The notes under the pieces were generated by a model that had not been told where the DNA came from, searched no databases, and saw only the letters and a list, made by a program, of their open reading frames with translations. DNA of 61,551 nucleotides, filler included. It is 4 parts of 4 records of this genome, joined end to end, with 100 filler letters (N's around TTAATTAATTAA, not from the genome) between each part and the next. Parts side by side here need not be neighbours in the genome. Positions count along the whole stretch, not along the records: positions 7,044 to 22,269 come from SRR20825019_924; positions 22,370 to 52,725 come from SRR20825019_926; 2 more parts are not named here. One strand, 5' to 3'. Every line of letters starts with the position of its first letter. The stretch's first letter is position 1. Position numbers and translations under genes: made by a program. This document shows positions 20,524 through 31,344 of this stretch, one piece after another.

Positions 20524-21275
20524 GGGAGCCGACCAATGACTCGCCCTATCGCATCCTTTTTCGTGCGAGATGCGTTAGTGGGCGTCACAACTTTGCGACG
20601 ATATAGAGAATAAATATGATACTAAATGCACGTGTGTGGTGGGGGATGTCAAAGTGGGTGTTCCTTCCATGATGTGGGATCGCCTCACGAATGCCGGAAC
20701 ATGAACAACGACAACAATTGACACATGTACATGACATTACGGAAGGGGGCCCATCCTCGACCAATTCTGACTCCTTCCCCGGCCAGCAGCACTCATCAGC
20801 GATGAATCACGCCGCCGTCAGTGCCGGTTGCCGAAATTGAAATTCAAGTTGGGCCAGCCGGTCGCCCGGGCCGGCCGGCGCCCGCGGCCGCCCCCGCCCC
20901 CCGAGACCCAGCGCCACGCCGGCCGGGGACCGGCGCGTGGCCGTCGCCGGCCTTGCACGCTGCCCCGGGCTGACGAGTCAACTTCAGTGCCTCGGACGGC
21001 CGACAAACCACACCGGCCGGCCGCTCGCCCCATCCGGCCTTGGCGCGCCCAGTAGGACCTATTGCCGGGGAGGACCGGACGAGGCCGGGAGGAGTGCGTG
21101 GCCTGTTGGCCGCCCGTCAAACATCTTTCGCTTACAAGGGACGGATTCCAGTGCCCCAGTGGGTGGAGACAGGCACCTCTTCTCCTTGCTCGGACAACAC
21201 TGACACCACACCGATAAAGATTTCCATGGCCACACAGTACTCTGGCCAGTCGCCCGGCTCGGCGCAGGTGTAATA

Positions 21276-22181
21276 ATGGGGTTGATTGACGGGCTGCTGT
21301 CGGCGTTTGGGGTGAAGTCTAACAAGAAGAAGGCGCGAGTGCTTGTGATTGGGCTCGATAATTCGGGCAAGACCACAGTGATACAGCACATGAAGCCGAA
21401 GGGGGTGAGTGCCTGGCTGGGGAGGTGGGGGGGGGAGGGTCTGTTTGTCAAAGTTTGGTTGGGCCCGGCGCGGCGTGGTGCGATTTGGTGTTTTGCACAT
21501 CTAGACTACGAGGCTGTGGGTACAGTCGGTCTTGGGCGGGTGCTGGGTGATGGGTGGCGACTAACTGGGCATGGACAGGTGGCGAAGCAGGAGGTGGTGC
21601 CGACGGTCGGGTTCCACGTGGATGAGTTCTCGTCCGGGCCCGTGGCGTTCACGGCGTTCGATATGTCTGGCCAGGGGAGGTACAGGAACCTGTGGGAGTA
21701 TTATTACAAGGACGTGGAGGCGATCATCTTTGTGGTGGATTCGAGTGACGGGCTGAGGCTGTGTGTGGTGAAGGACGAGCTGGTGAATATGCTGAATCAC
21801 CCGGATATGCTGGAGAGCGATGTACCGATCCTCTTCTTGGCCAACAAGATGGACCTCCCCGAGGCCTTGCCTCCTGTGGAGGTGGTGACGGCGCTGGACC
21901 TCCAGACCGTGGTCAACAAATCCTGGCAGATAGTGTGAGTAGGCTGTGCGGTGTTGTGCTGCTGTGGTGGTTGGCTGTGTGGCCTTTGAATGTTGCAATG
22001 GTGCGGCGGGTGCGGATAGGGAGTGTGTGTGTAAGCACCGTGCGGCTTGGGGCGGCTGGTGGCGTGTCCGGGAGACTGACTCGTGCGCAGGCCCACCAAT
22101 GCCCTCACGGGCGACGGCATTGCAGATGGCATCAAGTGGCTCTCTAGTGTGGTCGCCAAGAACCTCTCTGCAAAAAAGTAA
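21276..22181 (+). CDS. ARL6: ADP-ribosylation factor-like protein 6 (BBS3); 3 exons
   Basis: Exons 21276-21404, 21579-21934, 22091-22181; GLDNSGKT, FDMSGQGRYRNLWEYYY, ILFLANKMD, PTNALTGDG. Confidence 0.92.
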
Positions 22182-22244
22182 ATCCGCCGCCCACACGTGT
22201 GGATAGTGGTTGTCCGATGTGTTTAGTTTAGCTTCGCCCGCACT

Positions 22245-22269
22245 GGGGGGGGGGGGGGGGGGGGGGGGG
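22245..22269 (+). repeat. Poly-G run at contig end
   Basis: 25 consecutive G abutting the spacer. Confidence 0.9.
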
Positions 22270-22369
22270 NNNNNNNNNNNNNNNNNNNNNNNNNNNNNNN
22301 NNNNNNNNNNNNNTTAATTAATTAANNNNNNNNNNNNNNNNNNNNNNNNNNNNNNNNNNNNNNNNNNNN
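22270..22369. other. Artificial contig spacer
   Basis: 44 N + TTAATTAATTAA + 44 N. Confidence 0.98.
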
Positions 22370-22655
22370 TACTTTCTCTTAAACGAAACTCGCGTTATAT
22401 GATATCCATACTCACCTTAAGAAGATAATGTGCTGGAAGTATCGTCAATAACAAATCATCATTAATGAAAAGCTGATTCCACAAATAGTGAAATAGAATA
22501 GCTGACCAAAAGATATTACTTATGCTGTAGAGATTACTAATTATTTTTAATATAATATTATTATTTTAAGAATCACATAAGAATACTTTTTTTAAATAGA
22601 TAATATTCTCTTTACATATATAATAATTCTTAAATATTAAATATGATTCAAATTC

Positions 22656-25600
22656 TTGACTATTAATACTCAACAAGAGCTTGCATCTGATCCACAATAT
22701 TCATGTTGGGTTTCAGCTTCAGCTGGAACTGGAAAAACTAAAATATTATCAGATAGAGTTTTAAAATTACTACTTAGCGGAGTGGATGCTACTAAAATAC
22801 TATGTATTACATATACTAAAGCAGCAGCAAATGAAATGCATGTTAGGATAAATGAAGAGCTACTTGCATGGAGTAAGTTAAATAATACAGAGTTAGAAAA
22901 TCATATAAAAAAGTCTTTAAATATAACTTTTTCTATATCTAATACTAAAATAAATCCAAAAAATTTATATCAAAAACTTCTTGAAGAAGACAAACAGGTT
23001 GAAATAATGACAATTCATTCATTATGTCAATCAATTTTAAAAAACTTTTCACTAGAAGCTGGTATTAATCCAGACTTTAAAATACTGGATGATGCTTCTT
23101 ATCAAAATATATGCTCAAAAATTATAAATAATTTAAATTACAAAGAACATGATAAAGAAACTAAAGATATTATCGATTTTTTTAGTAATTTAGAAAGTGA
23201 TTATTCTTTTAGTGAACTTATAAAAAATATACTTAATGATGCAAATAAAATTAAAGAATTACTTTATTTAACAAATGATAAAATACCAAGTCAACTAAAT
23301 AATTCATTTAATTCACTAAATGTTAATATCTCTGATAATCACACACTTAATTTTAATGAATTAAATTCAAATTTTAAAAAAAATAATAAAGTAAATTCAA
23401 ACTACGTGAAAATTAATGAAACTAGTGTAGATGAAATAAATATATCTATAAATAATTCTTTAAAAGAGTTATTTGAATATTCTAATAAAGAATTGAGTTT
23501 AATTAGTGATAATGAAATTATTGAATTTAAAATATATCAAAAACTAAAAGAAAATATAAATGATAATGTTAAAGATTATAATAAATTTTATGATAATTTA
23601 AAAAAAATATTTCTTAATAAAGATTTTACATATAAAAAGAAATTATATAGCAAGTCAGAATTAGATAAATTTCCAATCTTTTGTGAGTTAATAGACAGAA
23701 TTAGCCATAAATTGTATGGATCTCATGAATATATTGTAAGTAAAAAATTAGCAATTAATAGTTTCATGTTTAAAAAATTAAGCATGCTTGTTTGTGAAAA
23801 TTTTTTTAATTTAATAAAAGCAGGTAATTTTTTAACTTATGATATGCTTATTAGTAAAACTAAAGATTTACTCACTAAAAACGATTTAAGAGATTGGATA
23901 TTATTTAAACTTGATGGAGGAATATTTCATCTTTTATTAGATGAAGCACAAGATACCTCACCTGAGCAATGGTCAATAGTAAAAGCCTTAGTTTCAGAGT
24001 TTTTTAGTGGTAATACTTCTTATAATGTTAAAAGAACATTATTTGTTGTAGGAGATGACAAACAGTCTATTTACAGCTTTCAAGGTGCAAGAGCAGAGTA
24101 TTATAATAACATTCAGAATTTTTTTAGTAATCAGGTAGATATTCTTGGAAATAAATTTCTTAAAGTAAAACTTGATAGATCATATAGATCACTTAAAAAT
24201 ATATTACTATCAATAGATGAGATATTTAAATACATTATTATAAATTATCCAGATATTAAACTAGATTATGTAAATTTAATTAATGAAAGAAAAGAAAGAG
24301 AAGGAGAAGTTAAAATATTTCCTTTAATAACTAATGAAAATAATTGTGAGGAATATTTTTGGCCAATATTTAATGAAAATAATATTAATGAAGAAATTAC
24401 TCTTCAAGAAAAAACTGCTCATATTATAGCAAGATATATCTATAATAGAATAAATGATAAAAATATAGAAAATAGATCATCTCCATCTGATTTTATGATA
24501 CTAGTTCGAAAAAGAGATGAATTCATTTATAAGCTATCAGAAATACTAGATAAATTAAATATAAAATCATCTGGAATAGATAGAATTAATATTTTAGAAA
24601 ATCAATCAGTTATTGATTTATTATCATTAGGTAATTTTATTATACTAAAAGATGATGATTTAAATTTAATTTCTCTACTTAAATCCTCATTTTTTAATTT
24701 AAGTGAGCTTGATATTAATATCATTTCTCAAAATGCAAATCTAAATAAAATTTCTATATGGGAATATCTATCTAAATTAGGTATTCTAGAAAATAATAAC
24801 AATGCAGAAATTTTAAAAAACTTAGATAATAAAAATATTATGGATAAAATAGATATTAAAGAAATCTATTTTATCTTAAAAAGCTTTTTAAGTTTATATA
24901 AAAAATATGGTTTAAAAGATTTCTTTCATATTATTATATTTAATTTAGATTATTTAGATAATTTATGTTCAAATAATATTGAAAACAAAGAAGCTATTGA
25001 AGAATTTCTATATCAAGTTGAATCTCATGTAAATTATAGTAATAATAATATATTTGATTTTATTCAAAAAATTCAAAATATTAATTTTAATATCAAAAGA
25101 GATCCAGATTTATCAAATTCAGTAAGATTATCTACAGTTCATGGGTCAAAGGGACTTCAGTCAAAAATAGTTATTATTGCAGATTCATGTAAATTACCAA
25201 CTGAATCAAACTCATATTTTTTTACTGATGAAGATATTATTTATCCTGGAACTAAAGAAAACCATAATAATTATATTAACTCAATTATAGAAAATAACAA
25301 AAAACTTACTTATAGAGAATATATAAGACTATTATATGTAGCTCTTACAAGAGCTGAAGATGAACTTATTATAATAGGTTATAATAAAAGCGAAAAAATT
25401 AATAAAGATTGCTGGTATAGTATAATAAAAAATGCTTTAAATTATAAAGAAGAAAATATAGATTATTTATTTGAGCAATTAAATATTTTACCAAAAAATA
25501 ATCATGATAGTATTAATAAGATTCAAACATCTAAATCAAATAATTATTTAGTAAACATCTCTAAATATATAAATATTAATAAAATAAATGATGATATCAA

Positions 25601-26120
25601 TATAGATAATAAAGAAGATATTAACTCAAATGATATCTTAATAGATCTAAATGAAGAATCAAAATTTGGCTTAGAATATGGAACTATATTCCATCAAGTT
25701 ATGGAATATATGATTAAAAACAAAATAAACTCAATTAGCCAAGAAAATCCTATATTAAATAGATTGCCTAAAAACTTAAAATTATCTATTAATGAAAAAC
25801 TTAAATTACTTATTAATAATTCTTATTATCTTGATTTAATTAATACATACACTGTAAAAACAGAATCTAGTATTGGTATAATAATTAATGAAGAATTTAA
25901 ACTCGGAAGAATTGATTTAATAGGATTTAAGGAAGATAATATTATTATTATAGATTATAAAACAGACTCAAATACGTGTAATAATGTGAAAGATTTAAAA
26001 CAAGAATATAAAGAGCAGCTGCAATTTTATAAATATTCTATTCAAAAACTCTATCCAAATTTAAATATAACAACTAAAATATTATGGCTACATAATATGA
26101 GTTTTTTAACTGTTATTTAA
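22656..26120 (+). CDS. addA: AddA/UvrD-family helicase-nuclease
   Basis: VSASAGTGKT, LLLDEAQDTS, VVGDDKQSIYSFQGA, TVHGSKGL, LLYVALTRA, C-terminal GRID...IDYKT. Confidence 0.92.
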   Translation: MTINTQQELASDPQYSCWVSASAGTGKTKILSDRVLKLLLSGVDATKILCITYTKAAANEMHVRINEELLAWSKLNNTELENHIKKSLNITFSISNTKINPKNLYQKLLEEDKQVEIMTIHSLCQSILKNFSLEAGINPDFKILDDASYQNICSKIINNLNYKEHDKETKDIIDFFSNLESDYSFSELIKNILNDANKIKELLYLTNDKIPSQLNNSFNSLNVNISDNHTLNFNELNSNFKKNNKVNSNYVKINETSVDEINISINNSLKELFEYSNKELSLISDNEIIEFKIYQKLKENINDNVKDYNKFYDNLKKIFLNKDFTYKKKLYSKSELDKFPIFCELIDRISHKLYGSHEYIVSKKLAINSFMFKKLSMLVCENFFNLIKAGNFLTYDMLISKTKDLLTKNDLRDWILFKLDGGIFHLLLDEAQDTSPEQWSIVKALVSEFFSGNTSYNVKRTLFVVGDDKQSIYSFQGARAEYYNNIQNFFSNQVDILGNKFLKVKLDRSYRSLKNILLSIDEIFKYIIINYPDIKLDYVNLINERKEREGEVKIFPLITNENNCEEYFWPIFNENNINEEITLQEKTAHIIARYIYNRINDKNIENRSSPSDFMILVRKRDEFIYKLSEILDKLNIKSSGIDRINILENQSVIDLLSLGNFIILKDDDLNLISLLKSSFFNLSELDINIISQNANLNKISIWEYLSKLGILENNNNAEILKNLDNKNIMDKIDIKEIYFILKSFLSLYKKYGLKDFFHIIIFNLDYLDNLCSNNIENKEAIEEFLYQVESHVNYSNNNIFDFIQKIQNINFNIKRDPDLSNSVRLSTVHGSKGLQSKIVIIADSCKLPTESNSYFFTDEDIIYPGTKENHNNYINSIIENNKKLTYREYIRLLYVALTRAEDELIIIGYNKSEKINKDCWYSIIKNALNYKEENIDYLFEQLNILPKNNHDSINKIQTSKSNNYLVNISKYININKINDDINIDNKEDINSNDILIDLNEESKFGLEYGTIFHQVMEYMIKNKINSISQENPILNRLPKNLKLSINEKLKLLINNSYYLDLINTYTVKTESSIGIIINEEFKLGRIDLIGFKEDNIIIIDYKTDSNTCNNVKDLKQEYKEQLQFYKYSIQKLYPNLNITTKILWLHNMSFLTVI

Positions 26121-26126
26121 ATTATT

Positions 26127-27353
26127 ATGAAGATTTTAAATAAAGATTTAAATTTTAACAATCAAAGTCTAGATATTTTATTTAAAATACTAACATCTCA
26201 TGGTAAAGCTAGGCTTGTAGGAGGATGCGTAAGAGATAAACTAATTGGTATTAATAATAGTGATATCGATATAGCAACCTCACTTCTTCCTGATGACATC
26301 ATAAAAATATTAAATAAAAATAATATTAAAGTAATAGAAACAGGCATAAAATATGGTACAGTAACAGCTATAATTAAAGATAAAAAATTTGAAATCACTA
26401 CTTTAAGGCAAGATATTCAAACTGATGGAAGGCATCCTTTAGTTACTTATTGCAAAGATTTTAAAATAGATGCAACTAGAAGAGATTTTACAATTAATGC
26501 ATTAAGCTATGATTTAAATGAAAAAAAAATATATGATTATTTTGTTGGCTTTGAAGACTTAAAAAATAATAAAGTATGTTTTATAGGAGATGCTACAGAA
26601 AGAATTAATGAAGATTATTTAAGAATTCTAAGATTTTTTAGGTTTTCAGCTAAATTTGGGGGCATGATTGATCAAGAAGGACTTAAAGCTTCAAAAGAAA
26701 ATGTTAAATTATTAAAAAATTTATCTAAAGAAAGAATTATTGATGAGTTTACTAAGTTACTATTAAATACCAAAAATATCTACATATTAAAAGTTATGAA
26801 TGATATTTGTATATATGAATTTATATTTAATAAGTTAAAAATTGATATTAATTTAGTTACTAAAATTTTTGAAACCAATAAAGATTTATTAAAAGAAATA
26901 TTTGATTCTAATAAGGTATCTTTATTAATCTCATGCATGCTATATAAAAACGATTTAAATTCAATAAAAAGCACCCTTTATGAAATGAAATTTAGTAAAA
27001 AAATTATTATAGTAATTTTTGAATTAGTTCATTTCATAAAAAATAATACCAAAAAAGATATTAGATATAGGCTAAATTCAATTTTTTATAATAATAAAGA
27101 TCTTATAAATATATATTTATTTATTCAGTTTTTAATCTTAGATAATGATATAGATAGTTATTTAAAATATAAAGATGAATATAAAAATTTAAAAAATATT
27201 AATTTGCCTATCAGCGGAGGTGATATAAAAAATTTAGGTTATACAAATAAAAATATAGGTATTATTCATAAAAAATGTATAAATTATTGGCTATTAAATA
27301 ATTTTAAACCCAGTAAAGAAGATATTATTAAAAATGTTATTAAAAAAAACTAA
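26127..27353 (+). CDS. cca: CCA tRNA nucleotidyltransferase / poly(A) polymerase family
   Basis: VGGCVRD, DIDIAT, RRDFTINA, EDYLRILRFFRF. Confidence 0.9.
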   Translation: MKILNKDLNFNNQSLDILFKILTSHGKARLVGGCVRDKLIGINNSDIDIATSLLPDDIIKILNKNNIKVIETGIKYGTVTAIIKDKKFEITTLRQDIQTDGRHPLVTYCKDFKIDATRRDFTINALSYDLNEKKIYDYFVGFEDLKNNKVCFIGDATERINEDYLRILRFFRFSAKFGGMIDQEGLKASKENVKLLKNLSKERIIDEFTKLLLNTKNIYILKVMNDICIYEFIFNKLKIDINLVTKIFETNKDLLKEIFDSNKVSLLISCMLYKNDLNSIKSTLYEMKFSKKIIIVIFELVHFIKNNTKKDIRYRLNSIFYNNKDLINIYLFIQFLILDNDIDSYLKYKDEYKNLKNINLPISGGDIKNLGYTNKNIGIIHKKCINYWLLNNFKPSKEDIIKNVIKKN

Positions 27354-28203
27354 GTTATATACTTTATTTTTATTAAGTTTATTCACATTGAATAATGCTA
27401 TTAGTTTAGGTAATAATTCTTTAAAAATTGCATGCACTATTACTCCTTTATCAAGTCTTGCTGCTATGATAGGAAGAGGATTTATTCATGTAAAAACTAT
27501 TCATAAATCACCAATATTATCTAGTTATAACCAGCTACAACCAAGTGCTATTAGAAATATTTCAAATCATAGCGCTATTATATATTTAAGTGATGATTAT
27601 AAATCAGGAATAAACAGAATTTTATCAAATTATAAAGGAAAAGTAATCAAAGTTACGGATTTTGAAGGTATTAATGTTACTAGTCCTAAAAATAATCATT
27701 TGCAAGGTTTATGGCTAGATCTTGATAATTCAAAAATTATATTAAGAAATTTTACTAATGCATTTTCAGATATTTTTCCTGATCATCAAGCTCATTTTTT
27801 TAAAAATTATAAATATTTTAATACAAAAATTAATTACCTTGCAGAATCTAAAAAAGAAATTTTTAACAATATTAATGAAGTATTATTAATTAACCAAAGC
27901 CTTGAATATTTATTTAAGAACTATAATAATAAAATTACCAAATTTCATAATAAAAAGCCTAGCATCTCAATAAATCAACTAAGTAAAATTAAAAAAGCTT
28001 ATAATAATAATAAAAATATCTGTATTGTAACAAATAGCTCTAAAATAGGAGAAAAAATAAGGCAAGAATTAAATACTTATAATGCAAAAATTGCAATATT
28101 ACCTCAAGATAATTGGAATATAGTTGTTAATTTAGATAAGCTTTATTTATATTATTATAAAAAGATACTTAATATACTCAAAATATGTCAGAAGGAAGCT
28201 TGA
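27334..28203 (+). CDS. ZnuA/TroA-like ABC substrate-binding protein (divergent)
   Basis: Signal peptide, IACTITPLSSLA, YNQLQPS, LWLD, FPDHQAHFFKN pattern. Confidence 0.6.
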   Translation: MLLKKTKLYTLFLLSLFTLNNAISLGNNSLKIACTITPLSSLAAMIGRGFIHVKTIHKSPILSSYNQLQPSAIRNISNHSAIIYLSDDYKSGINRILSNYKGKVIKVTDFEGINVTSPKNNHLQGLWLDLDNSKIILRNFTNAFSDIFPDHQAHFFKNYKYFNTKINYLAESKKEIFNNINEVLLINQSLEYLFKNYNNKITKFHNKKPSISINQLSKIKKAYNNNKNICIVTNSSKIGEKIRQELNTYNAKIAILPQDNWNIVVNLDKLYLYYYKKILNILKICQKEA

Positions 28204-28251
28204 CATAATTAGAGCTATAATCTAGTTTGCAGATGTTAGTTGCAAAATTAT

Positions 28252-28329
28252 GGCGTACGTAGCTCAGCAGGTTAGAGCGCCGGATTGTGGTTCCGGAGGT
28301 CGCGGGTTCGATTCCCGTCGTTCGCCCCA
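28252..28329 (+). tRNA. tRNA-His(GTG) with G-1 and encoded CCA
   Basis: CCGGA-TTGTGGT-TCCGG anticodon arm, GGTTCGATTCC T-arm, ends CGCCCCA. Confidence 0.95.
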
Positions 28330-28377
28330 TAACTTTATATCATAAATTTTTAAGGCTCTAACAATAGCATATATAAC

Positions 28378-29628
28378 GTGAATTTTTTCAGTCAAATAAG
28401 CATAAACCCCTATTTTATAAATTTTTGCTTTGGTTTTATAAGCGGATTTACTTTGTTAATAGGAAGCCAATCAGTTAATTTTTGGATTTCAAAAGCTAGT
28501 ATTAATAATGAAATTATTGGTATATTTGCTTTTTGTACAATCCCCTACTCTATAAATTTTCTATTTGCGCCTATAATAGAAATATACAAACTTCCATATT
28601 TTGAGAAAATTTTTGGAAAATATAAAGGCTATACATTATTATTTCAAATAATTCTTATAATACTTACTTATTTTATTTCATTACTTAATCCAAGTAATAA
28701 TCTTACAATGCTTTTTATAGTTTCTTTTTTAGTAAGTATATTTTCTTCTTTACAAGATGTTACTTTAAATTCTCTAAGAGCTAATTTATTTGATAAAAAC
28801 AAATTTGGAGAATTATCTGGAATATATGTTATTGGTTATAGAATTGGATTGCTAACTTCAGGTTCAGGGTCAATATTAATCTCATCTGTAATTGGATGGA
28901 ATAAAGTATATTTAATATATTCATTATCTGTATTTATCTTTATTTTTATTATTTTAAATATTAAAACTCAAAATACTAAAATTAAAAGTAATAATTCAGA
29001 TATTAATTCTAATAATAGTAATGTTAGTTATAAAAATATCAGTAAAGCAATTTTTGAAAATATAAAACCATATTATTTTGTTTTTATAATATTTTTATTT
29101 TTAGTACTATATAGATTACCTGATAACTTTATAAGTACTATGATAAATAGATTTATGCTTGATATTGGCTTTAATGATCAAAAAATAGCCATTATAGGTA
29201 AATTTCATGGTGTAATAAGTGCAATTTTTGGAAGCTTAATTGCAAGTATTATCATGAAAAATTTAAATATTAGTAAATCTTTATTTTTATTTGGATTAAT
29301 ACATGCTTTTGGCCATTTACTATTTATATTACAATTAAATCTTAAAGATAATATTTACTCTTTATTTTTTATTGTTGCATTTGAATCTATTAGTGGAGGA
29401 ATGTCAATGGCAGCTTATATTGCTTTTATTACTTATTTATGTAGAGGTAATAATAGCGCTATTAAATATGCTTTTTATAGTTCTAGCATGGGTTTTTCTC
29501 GAAGCATTTTTCCTGCTTTTTCTGGATATATAGTAAGTTATTATGGATGGGAATTATTTTTTATTATTACTACAATAATTGCCCTTCCCTCAATATTTAT
29601 GGTTTATTATGCTAAACTTGATAGATAA
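28378..29628 (+). CDS. ampG: AmpG-family MFS muropeptide permease
   Basis: PYSINFLFAP, SSLQDV, GYRIG, LYRLPD. Confidence 0.85.
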   Translation: MNFFSQISINPYFINFCFGFISGFTLLIGSQSVNFWISKASINNEIIGIFAFCTIPYSINFLFAPIIEIYKLPYFEKIFGKYKGYTLLFQIILIILTYFISLLNPSNNLTMLFIVSFLVSIFSSLQDVTLNSLRANLFDKNKFGELSGIYVIGYRIGLLTSGSGSILISSVIGWNKVYLIYSLSVFIFIFIILNIKTQNTKIKSNNSDINSNNSNVSYKNISKAIFENIKPYYFVFIIFLFLVLYRLPDNFISTMINRFMLDIGFNDQKIAIIGKFHGVISAIFGSLIASIIMKNLNISKSLFLFGLIHAFGHLLFILQLNLKDNIYSLFFIVAFESISGGMSMAAYIAFITYLCRGNNSAIKYAFYSSSMGFSRSIFPAFSGYIVSYYGWELFFIITTIIALPSIFMVYYAKLDR

Positions 29629-29646
29629 TCATTTAAAGTAATTAAT

Positions 29647-31032
29647 ATGATAGATAACCTAGTAATTATATCCTACCTTATAGTTTTAATTATTATAAGT
29701 ATATATTACAGAGTACAGGGAAAAGATGATAAAAAATTCTTTACTATAAATTCAAAATTTGCAAAAAATAAATTTGTTATTCTTGCTACTATTTTTGCAA
29801 GCTCTATAGGAGGAGGTACAACTTTTGGTTTATCAGAAAAATCCTTTTTAAAAGATCTTTCATTTGGATTTGCTTTAATTTTAACTATTCCAATAGATAT
29901 ATTTATTGCAAAATATATCATTCCAAAATTGCTAAAATTAAAAAATATAAATACGATAGGAGATATATTATATAATATATACGGAAAACCAGGAAAGCTT
30001 ATTTCAGGCTTTGGAGCATTTTTTTCATCTATTGGATATATGACTGTTCAAATATGTGTTTCTGGTATTATTATTCATCATGTAACTGGAATTAATTATA
30101 AATATGCTTCATTTTTTTGTTTAATATTTATAAGCCTTTATACACTTATAGGAGGTTTACAATCTTTATTTGCAACTCACATACTACAATTTATATCAGT
30201 TTTATTTGCTGTACCTATTATATCGATTTTTGGAACTATAAAACTAGATACTAATAAAATATTAAATTTCATTTCAGATAATTATACTAATTATTTTAAT
30301 GAAAATTTTAAAACAAATATTTTATGCGCTTTTTTAGGATTATCTGTAATGGGATTTCATCCTAATCTTATACAAAGAATTATAGCAAGTAAGAATAATT
30401 TAGTTTTAAATAGAGCTATTTATTTAAAATCATTAATCTATTTCATATTTATTATTTTAATTACTTATAATGGAATATTATCAAATATATATTCAAGTAT
30501 ATCTAAACCTATTATTTCAGTTCCAGTAATGATTGATTACCTATTACCAATAGGTTTAAAAGGATTAGTTTTTGCTGGATTATTAGCTTCATTAATATCT
30601 TCAGCTGATTCAGACTTAAATATAGCAAATATTAGCATGAATTCAGATATACTTCCTATTTTAATAAAAAATAATTATATTTCTAAAAATTTAATTATTA
30701 GTTTATCTAGAATATTATGTTTAATAGCTTCATATTTTTCAATTAGCTATGCAATTAATTATAATGGACTTATTGAGCTTGTTATATTTGCTGCAAGTTT
30801 TTGGGCCCCATTAGTAGTACCTCATATTTTACATGTTATATTTAACTCTAGAATAAAATTACATGAATTTTTAATTTCTTCTATTGCAGGATTTAGTTTT
30901 TCAATATTTTGGGAAATGCACTACTATGAAAATTATAAAATTAAAGGAATTTTTCCAGGCATTATTCTAAATATCATATTAACTTTATCATTTTATTACT
31001 TAAATAAGAAAATTAGCAAAAAATATAAGTAA
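29647..31032 (+). CDS. Sodium:solute symporter (PutP-like)
   Basis: ATIFASSIGGG, YTLIGGL, GLLASLISSADS; about 13 TM segments. Confidence 0.85.
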   Translation: MIDNLVIISYLIVLIIISIYYRVQGKDDKKFFTINSKFAKNKFVILATIFASSIGGGTTFGLSEKSFLKDLSFGFALILTIPIDIFIAKYIIPKLLKLKNINTIGDILYNIYGKPGKLISGFGAFFSSIGYMTVQICVSGIIIHHVTGINYKYASFFCLIFISLYTLIGGLQSLFATHILQFISVLFAVPIISIFGTIKLDTNKILNFISDNYTNYFNENFKTNILCAFLGLSVMGFHPNLIQRIIASKNNLVLNRAIYLKSLIYFIFIILITYNGILSNIYSSISKPIISVPVMIDYLLPIGLKGLVFAGLLASLISSADSDLNIANISMNSDILPILIKNNYISKNLIISLSRILCLIASYFSISYAINYNGLIELVIFAASFWAPLVVPHILHVIFNSRIKLHEFLISSIAGFSFSIFWEMHYYENYKIKGIFPGIILNIILTLSFYYLNKKISKKYK

Positions 31033-31124
31033 AAATACCTATAATTTCTAATTTATACTTATTTTATCTTGACAGGATGGAGTTTTTCTAGGATAACAGT
31101 AGCAACTGAATAATTTCAAGTTTT

Positions 31125-31200
31125 GAGCCCGTAGCTCAGCTGGTAGAGCACTTGACTTTTAATCAGGGTGTCCCGGGTTCGAGTCCCGGCGGGCTCGCCA
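31125..31200 (+). tRNA. tRNA-Lys(TTT)
   Basis: GAGCCCG/CGGGCTC acceptor stem, CTTGA-CTTTTAA-TCAGG, encoded CCA; TTGACA upstream at 31069. Confidence 0.96.
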
Positions 31201-31344
31201 CCTTTTTAATATTACCAGCATATTCAAATCAGAGTATACTTCATAGTTATATATATATTCTAGATAACTATATTAATTTTACACAAATTATTTTTGTTCA
31301 ATATAGGGTCTAAGCCTATTTAAAAGACTAATTAGTATTAATAA

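Noticed and set aside
22245-22269. Poly-G tract as a G-quadruplex or telomere
   Set aside because: It sits at the contig end and is typical of a sequencing or assembly artefact; no telomeric unit
22370-22550. Possible gene remnant or ncRNA upstream of addA
   Set aside because: The frames I translated are interrupted, with no recognisable motif or structure
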